The position numbers and the translations under genes are program-made. From NCBI RefSeq assembly GCF_009834535.1, contig NC_045697.1, forward strand, positions 37,884,001 through 37,948,000: a stretch of 64,000 nt of DNA, written 5' to 3'. The stretch comes from Camelus ferus. Lineage: Eukaryota. Positions 28,251 to 40,139 of this stretch are shown here, in pieces (the first letter of the stretch is position 1; each line of letters starts with the position of its first letter). The notes beneath the pieces are model-generated. The model saw only the letters and a program-made list of their open reading frames with translations. It had not been told where the DNA came from and ran no database searches.

Positions 28251-29647
28251 AAAAACACTATTTTCATATGAAGGTTTGAATGAATCAGTTGTTAATAAGA
28301 AAGGCAATTAAATTTTTTTCCTTGTAATTGAAGACAGAATGACAGAAAGCATAAACTGGCCTTTTGAATTGTACTCAAATCATGAAGTCAATTTCCATTG
28401 CTTATAAAACCTCCATAAATTTCAGGAAACATTTTGTCATGTCTGAGGAAACATTAAAATGCTGTTATATAATTTTATACTTAAAATCAAATTTAGACTT
28501 ACATAAAGCTAATTTGTATGAAAAATTAAATCTGTCTAGGAAAATATTTCTACAAGAATCAACACTAGAAGTACTAAAATTTATTTTTCAAAATAAGTAA
28601 GTAGAAATTTATGTTAGTGTTGTCACAGCCTGTAAAATATTCACAGCTGTATCAGCAGCAAGATCCTTTTCAAAATGAAAACAATCAAAATTTATTTGTG
28701 ATCTTGCATTTGCTAAGAGTGACTGATGTTAGCTTTCAGTCATGTCTACTGAAAAAGAAACTGTGTGAAATGAATTTCTTACCTGTTGAAAACGAAAATA
28801 AAATGATAAGTATCAATCTTAATGAATTTGCAGGCAGGTGAGCCAGAAAATTTTCATCGTCAATCTATCACATTAATAGACTATTGTTGTTTGTTGCATT
28901 ATATAGAATTATGGCCCCCAAAATATTGTTTTTGTGGTTTTTAAGTTCATTGAGTTACCTATGTATCACTATTACCCCTATTACATTAGTACCTTTAACT
29001 GTACTTTTTTTCCCTGCTTTTGAACAGGGGTCCCAGATTTTCATTTTGCACTGGGCCCAGCAAATTATGTCGGCAGCCCTGGTCAGGTAAGAGTATGACA
29101 GATTTTCATCACAAGCCATTATTGAAGACAGTTTGTAACTGTGAACGCTTAAGAAGTATATAAGAGAGTAAGAAATGCAAGAAAATGTATGTTGTTAATG
29201 TGTTCCATACAGAATGCGTTAGCTAGTAGGCATTTCATCTATATTAAGAGTAAAATATTGTCATTCTGTGAGCCAAAGAGCAGAATTTGGCATAAGGAAA
29301 AAAAATCTGTATTTGATTCAAAATAGATGTGACAAAAGATCGATTTGGGATAATGCTTCCAGTGGGTTGGCATCCTCATTAAAATTACATTTTTTGCCAT
29401 ACAAAGCATGAGTTTAACGGGGATAAACATACATTCAAATGAGGGTCAAACTGAGATACTTTATAAGGAGTAAGCCATCAGATTGTCTTATCAGCATTCT
29501 GTGATTTTCAAGCACGGAGAGCCATTTTTCCAAATATCAGACAAATGGCACCACAGTATGAGCTCCCCTTCTGTTCTTGGCTTCTTCAGAACTGACAACT
29601 TCCAATGGACTTCACTGTAGATACAAAATCACAATAGAGATGACTTA

Positions 29648-29795
29648 CAGTATAGCACAGGGAACTATACTCAGTAGCTTATAATAGCCTATAACAAAAA
29701 AGAATATATATATGTGTAGCTGAATCACTATGCTGCACACCAGAGACTAATATAACATTGTAAATCAACTATGCTTCAAGAAAAGAAAAGAAAAT
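29648..29795 (+). mobile_element. Short L1 3' end
   Basis: GTATAGCACAGGGAACTATACTCAG...CTGAATCACTATGCTGCACACCAGAGACTAATATAACATTGTAAATCAACTAT + A-rich tail. Confidence 0.8.
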
Positions 29796-30841
29796 GAAAC
29801 ATCAGGGAAAAGCACTGAAACTAGAGAAACCAAATTTGCTTCCCATAAAGCTAAGAAAGAACCACTTAATTATAATTGTTTTTTATTTTTATATGAAGAT
29901 TGTTATATATAATGACTTTATTTCAGGAATTAAGAAACATAAAGGAGATGCATATTTACCCAAAACAGATTTAGTTCTATCTTCTTGACTTTTAGTGAAA
30001 TTATGGATTTCTAAGTGATATAATTTGTGTATCGGTGCTTTTAATGGGCCCATTTTAGCCATTTCTAGTACCTATAATGTTAAAATAGACTGAGAAAAGC
30101 TGCAAGCATGTACAGGAATACAGAGAAAGACATCACAAACAATGTTTACAGAATTAGGAAAAACGATCGCAGTACATGTACCAATGAGAAAACCAATACT
30201 CATCGTACACAGAGTCCTCCAACAACTCAGCAACAAGACGATGCAGCAGGCCTCTGTTTTCCAGGCTGACTATCAAAGTCAGCTCTGAAAGACAAAAGCA
30301 AGTTAAAAAGAACTATCTGAGAGCGTGGGGGAATAAGTGGCTTCCCCTGTCCGGTGGTGCTTGGGGATGGAGTGACGTGGTATCAGTGGAAAAGCTGTGG
30401 GCTTTGTTAGCGAAAATGCCCGACCTGCCCCCTCACCCCTCCCTCCTGTGCCTCTCTACACCAGAATTTTGGAATTTACAGTGAAAATAATTTAAGGAGT
30501 TAGAGCAAGGTCAAAGAGAAGAGTTTGTTGTTTATCAGATGCCATCAACACAGTGGCAAAACAATACCAAAAACACACATACACAAAACCCCAAGACTAG
30601 CTCTCTATCTAGGCTTAGTCTCCCAGAAGGGACAGGGCTGCAGACCTGTTGTTATCACACATGTGTGACTGCAGTGTGTAGGGGGTGTAGTGGGTTGTTA
30701 TGTTCTAGGTCTATAAACAACCACGCTCCTTGCTCTAACATGTAGAGGAAGGATTGCACACTGGCAGGCCACAGGCCAAACCAGACTCACAGACAGGTGT
30801 TCTTTTACTTGCACAGCTTTAAAAATGTTTTAATGAGTGAC

Positions 30842-31200
30842 TGTGATGGTTAATTTTATGTGTCAATTTAGCAAGGCTAAATTGTTCAAAAACTAGTCTG
30901 GATGTTGCTGTGAAGATGTTTTGTAGATGTGATTAACATCTATAATCAGTTTACTTTTAGTAAAGGAAATTGCCCTCAATCATGTGGATGGGCCTTAGCT
31001 GATAAATTGAAGTCCTTTAGAGCAAAATCTGAGGTTTCCTAGAGAAGGAATTATGCCCCAAGAGTGTAATATTAAAATGTTGCCCGAGTTTCCAGCCTCC
31101 TGTCCTGCCCTAGGCATTTCAGACTTGCTGTCCCCCACAGTCACCTGAACCAATTCCTTAAAATAAATCTCTTTCTCTGCATGCATATATATATGTATAT
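30842..31200 (+). mobile_element. MLT2-type (ERVL) solo LTR nested in a MER102-like hAT element (~30750-31770)
   Basis: TGTGATGGTTAATTTTATGTGTCAA start and CAATTCCTTAAAATAAATCTCT end; flanks CTGGCAGGCCACAGGCCAAA and TAAAAATCAGGAAATATCACATAAAAAT resemble MER102. Confidence 0.7.
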
Positions 31201-32669
31201 CCGCACAGGAAAGTTGGGAAATGTGACATGGCGGTTAACAGTCACCATGTAGCTAGGTTCTAACCAGTAAGATGTAAGCAGATATGCTCTGTGGTAGCTT
31301 CCGTGGAAGGCAAATCCTGTGTCACTTCTTCCAGCTAGTCCTCCATCCTGCTGCCTAGAACAAGCTGTTAGTGCTCTCGCAGCCCTACTGGGTCATGAAG
31401 ACAAAGGCCATACCCTAGGGACAACAGAGCAGGAAGCTGGGGGAAGCTGGATCCCTGGTCACTGTGGAGATGCTAGAGTAGTTCTGAACTGCATCTCGCA
31501 GAGGAAGACATTCTTATCTAATTTATGATTTTCTGTTATTTAGTGGAATGTAACCCTAGTTTAAAAATCAGGAAATATCACATAAAAATTCCAATTCTGG
31601 CTTCTCCCTTGACAATTTGGCATATCTGCTAAACTTGGGGTCATGCTCCCATGTTACCAATTGCCTAGGGCAGGAGAATGGGTGCTTGCTTGTTTTAGAC
31701 AAAGATGGAAACCCCACCAGGTTTTTCTCTTTTAAGTTCCTGAAAGCATTTGAGCTTGCTATTTCCTGACATGGCTGTTGGAGTTTTACCTCTGCAGTGT
31801 GATAGGCCCTTGCTCAAACTTTTTTTGTCCTCTTAGGCTGTTTCTCCAGCCACTTTTTTGGGAAATGGGCAGGATGGAAAATCATTGATGCCATCCTTAT
31901 AACCTGCTGTCTTTCTCTCTGCATCACTTGCAGCAGGAACATTCCCAAATTGGTGCAGTCCACAAAGGAAGATGTGTCTGATGCTGGTGGAAACAGGCCT
32001 TCTCCTACCCTTGGAGAGACTACATCAGTCACAGTCCTACAGGCCTGCCTGTGGGAGGAGGGAGCAGGTCGCAGTGTCTGCAGACTTCTCATGGTGGGGA
32101 AACTCCACTCTTACAGCTTGGGAGGAGGGGTACAGAGCATCTTCTATTCCATGGCTGCAACCTTTTTTCTCAATTTAAAGATCTTCTTCTAGTCTAATGA
32201 ATTTGTGTTCCTCTCTTCCACATAATTTTGATCCAATTTCTCACTAATGCTAAAGTTTTATTTAGTGAAAGAGCATCACCCCCAGAATTCCTGCATTGAC
32301 TTGACATGGCCTGAGGGGATTCCCCCTAATTTGGGCAAGGGGCTGAGGGGATGGAGGTTGGAGTCTCAGTTGCCATCAGACCTAAATGGACCTGGCAATC
32401 ACTGGGGGTAGGTTGGGGGAGAGTTGTTCTGACTTGAAGTGATCTTGGTGAAGTAAAGACTGATTCTTATCTTTGACTGTGAATGAACTCAAAGACAAAG
32501 ACCCTTCAAAGCTGCTCAGGCATTTTGGGTGTGGAATGAGGTTAACCTTCAAAGGGGAAGCCACGACAAGATCAGAAATCTGTGTTTTTGAGCCAAACTA
32601 TGTCTGTGTCAGTGTCTAGACTTGGCTTTGTCTTTTCATTATGAGAATTGCATTAAACTCATAATGAGT

Positions 32670-33620
32670 CCTTCATATGTGAGTGACTTCTGTGGCCAGG
32701 CACTGTTTCAGACCTTGGGAATACAGTGAGCAAAACAGGTAGGATTCCTGCCCTCATGGAGCTCACATTTTAGTTAAGGGATACAGATAATAAATACAAG
32801 TAAACAATTAGATAATCAAGATAATTTCAGATAGTAATAAGTGCTATTAAAAAACTAAAGAACTTTTTTAAAAAACCAACTTAAAAGAAAAGGTGAGACA
32901 AAGTGATAAGAGGAAAGGGCGGGGGTCTAATTTAGATGGATAAGAAGGAAGTTTCCTCTTAAGGAAGTGATACTTACCCTAAATGACCAGAAGAAGATCT
33001 GAAAAAAGAGTGTTCTAAGAAGAGAAACAGCAAGTACAAAGGTCTTGAGGTGGGAGCAAACTTGGTTGGGCATGACACGTGAGGTAGAGAAAGCCAAGCA
33101 GTAAAGTCACACAGAAGACGGGTTTGATCACACAGAACTTTAACTCAGATGTGAACTTTATTCTAAGGGCATTCAGAAGCGATTGGATAATGTTAAGTAG
33201 GGGAATGAATGATTTATATTAATTTTGAAAGCTCTCCCTGGATGCTGGTTAGATTATAACTTGGCAAGAGTGCAAGCAGGTAGGCCAATCAGGAGTCTAT
33301 TTTAACAGTCCAGGTAAGAACTGACACCTAGTTTGGACAAGGTTGTAACAGTGGAGATAGCAGTGAATAGATTCAGGATCTATTTTAGAGGTGGAGACAA
33401 CAGAACCTGGCAGGTGGATTGGATCTGGAGTAGGAGAAAATGAGAGGAATCTAATAGGGGTCCCCTGGTCCCATCCACTGAGATGGAAGCCTGAAGAAGG
33501 AACAGGTTTTGGGAAGGAAATCCAGAGAAGTATTTGTCCCATGCTTTATTTGAAATGCCTGTGAAACATCTAGATGGAGGTGGCAAGCATATAGCTGGAT
33601 AAATAAGAACACATGGAGCA
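32670..33620 (-). mobile_element. L2 3' region, antisense
   Basis: GCCAGGCACTGTTTCAGACCTTGGGAATACAGTGAGCAAAAC...CCTGCCCTCATGGAGCTCACATTTTAG; TTTGAAATGCCTGTGAAACATCTAGATGGAG. Confidence 0.8.
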
Positions 33621-36529
33621 CATGTTCCACGTTCTTTTTGGAACTTTCAGCCCACTTGTGGAAACCTGGGAAAGTCCAAGAATGGGCCTGAAAGGGCATT
33701 CTGGACCAGCAGAGGTCCCCACGAGGTCCAGATCCCCATCATCTAAAGGGTTTTAGCACACCTGTGGGTAGCGGTATGCTTCATTTCACATAGTGCAAGT
33801 GCTTTAAAGAGTTCTACAGGTCAAGCAAGTTGTGAATTACTGTTTGTCATTAACTTACCTTTCAATTTGCCAAACACTTTCTTCTTAATGTTGAATTGTC
33901 TTTCATTGACTCTCAGTGGGAAGTTTTTGGTTTCTGCTTCCCCCTCTCCTTTCTTATCACTCCCTGCCTTCGCTTTTCTAACCAGCCTTTCCTCTGTGGA
34001 CTGCTTCATGTTAAAAAGTTTAAATCCATCCTTTCATGTTTCTGGGGTGCAGGGAGAGGTCTCTAATAGAGCTTAAGAAATAGCTTACCTCTTCCCTACT
34101 TCTGAAAAGTTGAGGAAGAAAACAAAGAGTGAGACAGACAGGCTGCCACAAGTGACTTTAGGTCTGGTAGCCAAGTGTGCTGAGCTAATACTGAATTCCA
34201 GAATTACAAGCTGTCCCCACCCAGTTCCCAGCAGCTCTGGGTTGGGAGCAGGCAGGCCCCTGGGAGAGCGGCAGAAACTTGTTCTTCCCTGTGGGCTGCA
34301 CCTCCCTAGAGGAAACAGGTGGCAGAACTGAGCCCAGTATGCTGTTACTCTGCCCAGATTTATTTTACATCATCAGAGGTGAAACAGTTAAGGCTCTGAG
34401 AGAAGCGAGGAAACAGTCCTCATGGAAACTTGGGGTGGAGAGAGGACTTTCTCCTCTAATGATAATGGAAACGTTCACCATTAATTGGCTGGTTTTATAT
34501 GTTTGGCTTTTCAGTAAGTAGGACACTGTTAAGTTCAACAGGCAGATATCAAGCACAATTCTGCGACTTACTAAGTATAGTTTTGGGAAGGTTACTTGAG
34601 CTGTCTCAAATTTCTCATTTGTAAAAATGAGGATGAGAGTACCTGCCTTGTGAAATCATTCATGTAACACATTCAGTGCACTGCCTGGGTCAGAATAAAC
34701 ACTCAGTAAAGATTTGCTGCTACTATTACTACTGTAGTGGTGGCTATCACTGTTACCATGTTAGGAGATCTGTTAGGTGCCAAAGATATAAAAGATAAAA
34801 GACATAATCTTACCATCTAAAGCTCAGTAAGGAGGTAGGAATAAAAATATAATACAGTGTAATGCACATTAGTAAAGTTTTTTTTACCAGAAGGGTGCCT
34901 ACCAACGATTACATTTTAGTGAGATTATACCTATGCAGGCCAGGACAAAAAAAAAAGCCGACTTGGAATTGTTGAGCTTCCCACATTCTTATTGGGTAGG
35001 AGTCAAGTAAGTGGCTCTGTTTGCAAGAAAGGTATCAGGAAACTGCCTGTGTTTTTAGGGTAGGTTTTTTATCCCCAAAGGAGTTAGTCACCAGTGAGGA
35101 CTAGAACAATGATGGCTCTAAATCCTCAAGGTGGTGAAAGCCAGAACCAGCCCTGATTTAGCACTCCTGGGCATGGAAAGAGCTGATCCTTTGGAATCTG
35201 ACACCTGGAGCCTAAACTGGCAGAGCTTGAGGGCACTTGGATCATGGTGACACTGGAATAGGCCAGAAGGGCCCCACTCTGGCTGAGATTCTGACGCGGC
35301 ACTGACCCCACTGTGCAGGACCCCCATGAGGGCAAGGCTTTATCTCTATGTACTTTACATCTGCTAAAAAGCTTTGCTGCCTTGCCCCTGAGTCACCCCT
35401 TCAGTGGCTGGCGCATAGGCATCCTGCAGCTGTAAGCCGTAAGTCCTCATTGCCTCATCTGCCGAGGTGACTGGGAATTCAGCCAGGAGTACTTCCTGTT
35501 AGAGAGCTCTGGAGTGTGGAGGCAGGCCCCAGAAAATAAGCCAAGCACCTTCCAGGATCACGGATACGTGGTCAGTTTTGCCGCATTCACCCTCTGCTTC
35601 AGCCATTAGATCAAGCCACTAGATTCACGTTCAGGTACCTCTAAAGTATGGCAAATTCTGTAGGCATAAAAGAGAGGGAGTTGGAGGGAGGACAGTTCTC
35701 TATCACTGGTTTGTGAGAGCTCAAACATTTGCACCCTAGGGATGAAATGGGAGGCATAATAGTTGTACACCAACTGTGTAGGGCATCCTGGTCACTGACA
35801 TAGTAATAGAAGCATGAATATGCTACAGCAGCATGAAGCAAGAAGTGGTAAGTTCTGTAAGAGGAGGTGTTGGGGGAAGACTTCTGAGAGGTCAGGCCTG
35901 AACAGGATTTGGAAGAATGAGTAGGCGTTTACAATGACAGAATAGAGGAAGTTAATTACAGACAGGAAGAACAGCATGGACAAAAGCTTTACTAACCCAT
36001 GACAGCATGGTATTTTCAGTGAATTCAAAGTAGATTTATCCACTCTGCGACAGTGTTTTGGTGGATTCATTTCTTGTTCCAGTGTTTACTGATAACCTCC
36101 CTTAGTTCTTAACAAAGTAAAGGTTTATTATATGTAAATGCATATACAATATTTATAATAGTGCCTGCCACATGGTTAGCACAATCTTAGTCAAACTTCT
36201 GATAACTAAATAGCTCAGTTTTTTTTAATAAGATGTAAAAATTTTCTCAACCAACTATCCTGTTTTCTATTCCTGCTCCTCCAATCCCCATACTTCAAAA
36301 ATCCTAGATTCAATTTCAAAAGCCAAATATTTTAAGAGGTCAGTTTAAGATAGGTGCGGCACAGACGCCTAAAACGGAAAGGCGCTGCAGGAAAAGGGTA
36401 ATGTTAGTTGTTTTTGGTCTGGGGTGATTATAGGCAAACTGTCTAAAGCAAGTCTTTAAAATTTTCGTCTGTTATTTTCTAAGTCCTGTTTCAGAGGTTT
36501 GTTTCAAATAATCGCATCTGGAGCCTCTA

Positions 36530-37600
36530 AGAACGTTGCACTCGGTAGATGGCCGCGCCGGCGGCGGCACGGAGAATCGGTGAAGCACTCAAGAACCGGC
36601 TAAGGTGTGGCCGTTCCCGCAGCAAGTGCCACGTAACCAGGGCACTCGAACTAATTTGACATCTAGGAAAGGCTACGAGAAGCGACAGGCTGGCCTGGAT
36701 ATTAGGGCAGAAGACTCAGGAGGAAACAAGGAGTAAAGAGCCGTGCAATTCTGGGACGGTGGGCAGAGGGAGAGGAAGAGGGTCCCATCTCGGGTGCGAG
36801 AAGGATGCGAGACAAGGAAGGTCACGCGGCGCCCGGTACCCGGGAGCGCCGGGCCCAATGGGAGGAGGGCGCGAGCCGCACCTCAACCTGCCGGATGACG
36901 TCACGACGCCGAGGCGGACGCCGGGCCAATGGGAGGCCGTCGCGGGCAGGGGCGGGGCCCGGAGGAATTGGGCTGGGCCGCACTGAGACAGTTGGAGGAA
37001 TCGTGTGGCCACCGCGGGTAGGGGGAGAAAGAGCCGCCGGCTGCGGACGCCGGCCTGCCCTGAGCCTCTGCCGGCCCCGGCCACTTCCCGCATGCTGCCG
37101 GCTCCTCCCTGAGCGGCGGCGGCGGCGGCGAGGCGTCAGGGACGCTCCTGGGGGCGGCTCGGGGTCGAGGCTTCCTGTCGCCCGCACTTCCTCTTGCGGC
37201 GCCGGTGCACGGCCGTCTCGGCCGGCGGGATGGCGGCGGCCAGGGGGAGCGGCCGTGCATCTAAACCCCGGTTGCTTCTGCTCCTGCTGGTTCCGCTGCT
37301 GTGGGCCCCGGCCGGGGTCCGGGCCGTTCCCGACGAAGACAGCCACCGGAACAAGGAACCGCCGGCCCCTGCCCAGCAGCTGCAGCCGCAGCCCGCGGGC
37401 GTGCAGGGCCCCGAGCCGGCCCGGGCCGAGGTGAGCGGGACGGGCCCGGGCAGGCGAGGCTGCGGAGCCGGCTGCGCCGGGTACCAGGCTCGTCGTAGCC
37501 AGAGCGCCGCCCTCGGCCCAGGCAGCCGGCGGGGGGAGGGAAGCCCGGTTGCGGCTCTCTGGGCTGGAAGACGTCTGAGTGCGCTTTCCCTGGGTCAGGC
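36530..37600 (+). promoter_or_regulatory. CpG island / promoter of TMEM165
   Basis: CpG-dense; CCAAT at 36855 and 36926, ATTGG at 36967, palindromic CRE TGACGTCA at 36896-36903, GC box at 36949-36958, ETS-like CTTCC motifs. Confidence 0.9.
37230..37430 (+). CDS. TMEM165: TMEM165 coding exon 1 (signal peptide and lumenal N-terminus)
   Basis: GGGATGG start; MAAARGSGRASKPRLLLLLLVPLLWAPAGVRAVPDEDSHRNKEPPAPAQQLQPQPAGVQGPEPARAE; donor GAG|GTGAGC; 201 nt. Confidence 0.95.
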
Positions 37601-39688
37601 CTGGCCTTGCCTGTCTCCTTATGGGGGAGGGGAGGAGGGGAGCCGAACTAGGAGTCCGCTGTAAACCTTTAGTTCCGGAGGATAAAGATGCTGCCAAGGA
37701 ATGGGCTTCTTGTTGATCAGATGTATCCTAGAGAGCTGGGAATGCTCATCATCCCAAGTGGAAAGTTTTTAACAGAGGGCAGCTGGGAGGCTTTTGGTAT
37801 TCTCTGAGAATAACAACATCGGCCATTTCATTGTTGAAGCAGTTTATCCCATACTGTTTAGCACATTCAGCTTTGCACAACTCTCACTTTATTTTTTTTT
37901 AACAAGTTCTCGTTTGCAGGAAGTAGCCTTTAGGAAAGCACAGGAATCATCCGTCTTTGACAGTACAGAGTGCTGCAGCGGTGTGGGACGCCAAAACTAA
38001 ATTTATAAGTATACCAGAATCCTACATTTTGGTCTCCACTAAAAGATATTAATTAGCATCTAAATTTATGTTAGTAGAATCCCTTAGTCACTTATGTTCA
38101 AGATCTCGGCAGCGTTTTTTAAATGCTCTGTGCGCCCTGGGCTTTCTCCTCATTTCCAATTTGGACTCCTGAATTCAGGCCTTCTGTAGTCTCTTCTAAT
38201 AGGAGCTCAAACCTCCCATTTCCACCCCAGGCTACCTTCAGCCTGTCCCCATCTAACGAATCTTCCTGAACACTGAATTCCGTTTTACCTCTCAGAAACC
38301 TCCAGCGAGTTGCCCCGCACGCTGATTTCAGCCCAGCCTCTTCAGCAGGATGTGCACGTTTGTTGGTGTCTGGCTCCAGTCAACACCTCCAGGCTGTTAG
38401 CCACCACTCCCTTGCTCACTCATATGCTGTACTCAGACTTGCCATGTGCTCTCTCTCTCCAACAAAAACCCTTTTTAAATAAAAGAGCTTTAGTGAGCTT
38501 GAAGCCTACTGGTCAGAACTTTTCCCACCTTTCAAGAACCATCCGATATCGCCTCTTTGTGAAGGCTTCCTAAAATTTCCTGGCTGGAAGTGATTTCTCT
38601 CTCCTGCCTGTCACTCCTGGGCTCCACGGACCTGGCTCGCCATTTCCACTTCTGAAATTGAACTGACATGCTGATTCATGAAACTCATTGTTAGTGTTCG
38701 TCGTTTAGCCTGCTGTCATTTAACTCATTATCAGAAATTTATTTAAAGCTATAACTATTTGGGGTTATGTAACTTTCCAGGCTTTGCATTAAAGTTTTAG
38801 ATAGTGATTTTTGAGATAAAAATAGTGGTAGGTATGGCTATTAATACCCTTTTACACTGCTATAAAAAATACAGCCATGTAAAATAAAGGCAGCAGTGTC
38901 CAGGGACCATATGTAAGTGTCTTAAGGATCCTTGTTTTTAAAATTGGGGATGTGAAGGGAAAGGGCAGGCACAGTGTAATACGATTTTTGTCTTTATTGT
39001 CTTGGTATTTCACATAACTTTTGTTATGGATCAAGTGGGGTTTTTTTCCCCTTTGCCTACTGTACTGCAGTATATTGGAAGAGATTTTTTTTTTTACATT
39101 TTCTAAACTGTAATATAAATATCATTTGCTTTTTTTGTCCACTTAGTGAAAGTTAAGATGTGGTCAGAGTTCCTAATTTAATAGTTCCTAATTTAATAGT
39201 CATTCACATAAGCAAGGGTTCAGCATAGCTGAATATCTGAAAGTTTCAACTCTTTAACTCTTTAGCTTTGCAACTACAGGCAGCAGATCTTTTAAAGGGG
39301 TAGGATATTTAACCTTACGCTTTCATGCCACTGAGTGTGGACTTCTGAAAATGGAGAGGGGAAAATCTCTCTGTTACTGGTAGGCATTTAAATGTAAGAT
39401 GTATTATAAAAATGTAGCTGCATCTTATAGGGTGCGTTGAGGCAAGATTACTGAACTTCTAATAAGGCTTTCTACATTGATTTTTTTTTTCCTCTATAAT
39501 CAGATAAAAAAAAAGTTTGGGAAGTTTACTCTGAAGTTATAGTTAAAATTAAAACCATGAAAAAAGCACTGTGGATCACTGGGACCCTTTCATTTATGCA
39601 GTTTATGCTTCTAGTGACGTACTCAGTTTTTTTCTTCCTTCCCTGGGCAGAGTATGTAATACAAGAAGCATTCAGTCCCTTTAGTTGG

Positions 39689-39790
39689 GGGAGGTCAGAT
39701 GGATTTAATAAAGGTAATTTATAATTTGCTGCATATTCTGGGAGGTCAGATGGATTTAATAAAAGTAATTTATAATTTGCCGCGTGTTCT
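39689..39790. repeat. 51-bp tandem duplication (2 copies, 4 mismatches)
   Basis: GGGAGGTCAGATGGATTTAATAAA(G/A)GTAATTTATAATTTGC...TTCT at 39689-39739 and 39740-39790. Confidence 0.95.
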
Positions 39791-40139
39791 GGAAGGCCAA
39801 GGACCGCAGTTGCATTAACACTGTTGATAAAGCTACAGCAGCCTACCACCTGACCCAGTACCGATTCTCCTTACTGTATTTCTCCTTTACTGTTTCTTGG
39901 CATTTCTTTCATGTATTATCTTTTAACACGGAAGCTTTCCACACAATATTTTAAACATTTTTCCATTTTTATTAAGTTGCAGTCCTGCTCCATCCAATCC
40001 AAACTCCTAATTCAAGGCTCTTTATGGCTGAGACTGAGGCCGTCAGGTGTGAAGATTCGTCTTACTCAGGGTTGCTGTGTCAGAATGAAATGATCATGAT
40101 GTTACTGCACTTTTTTGTTGGTGTTCTACCAGCAAAGCG

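Larger units (their letters stand above)
26750..29081 (+). mobile_element. Long MER45-family (hAT-Tip100) element split by two L1 insertions
   Basis: 5' end GGGGCCCTGCTCTCAGGAAGGCC...TGGTTTAATCCTCTGCTGTTGCTGCCTCAAAAATCTTAATAATTT and 3' end GAACAGGGGTCCCAGATTTTCATTTTGCACTGGGCCCAGCAAATTATGTCGGCAGCCCTG match recalled MER45 termini. Confidence 0.75.

Noticed and set aside
20215..36500. Possible orthologue of the human antisense lncRNA SRD5A3-AS1
   Set aside because: Exons cannot be defined from sequence alone.
36716..37697. 291-aa antisense and 209-aa sense ORFs at the TMEM165 promoter
   Set aside because: GC-rich artefacts with no recognisable domain.
39689..39790. Direct repeats considered as a CRISPR-like array
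   Set aside because: Only two adjacent copies, no spacers, eukaryotic intron.
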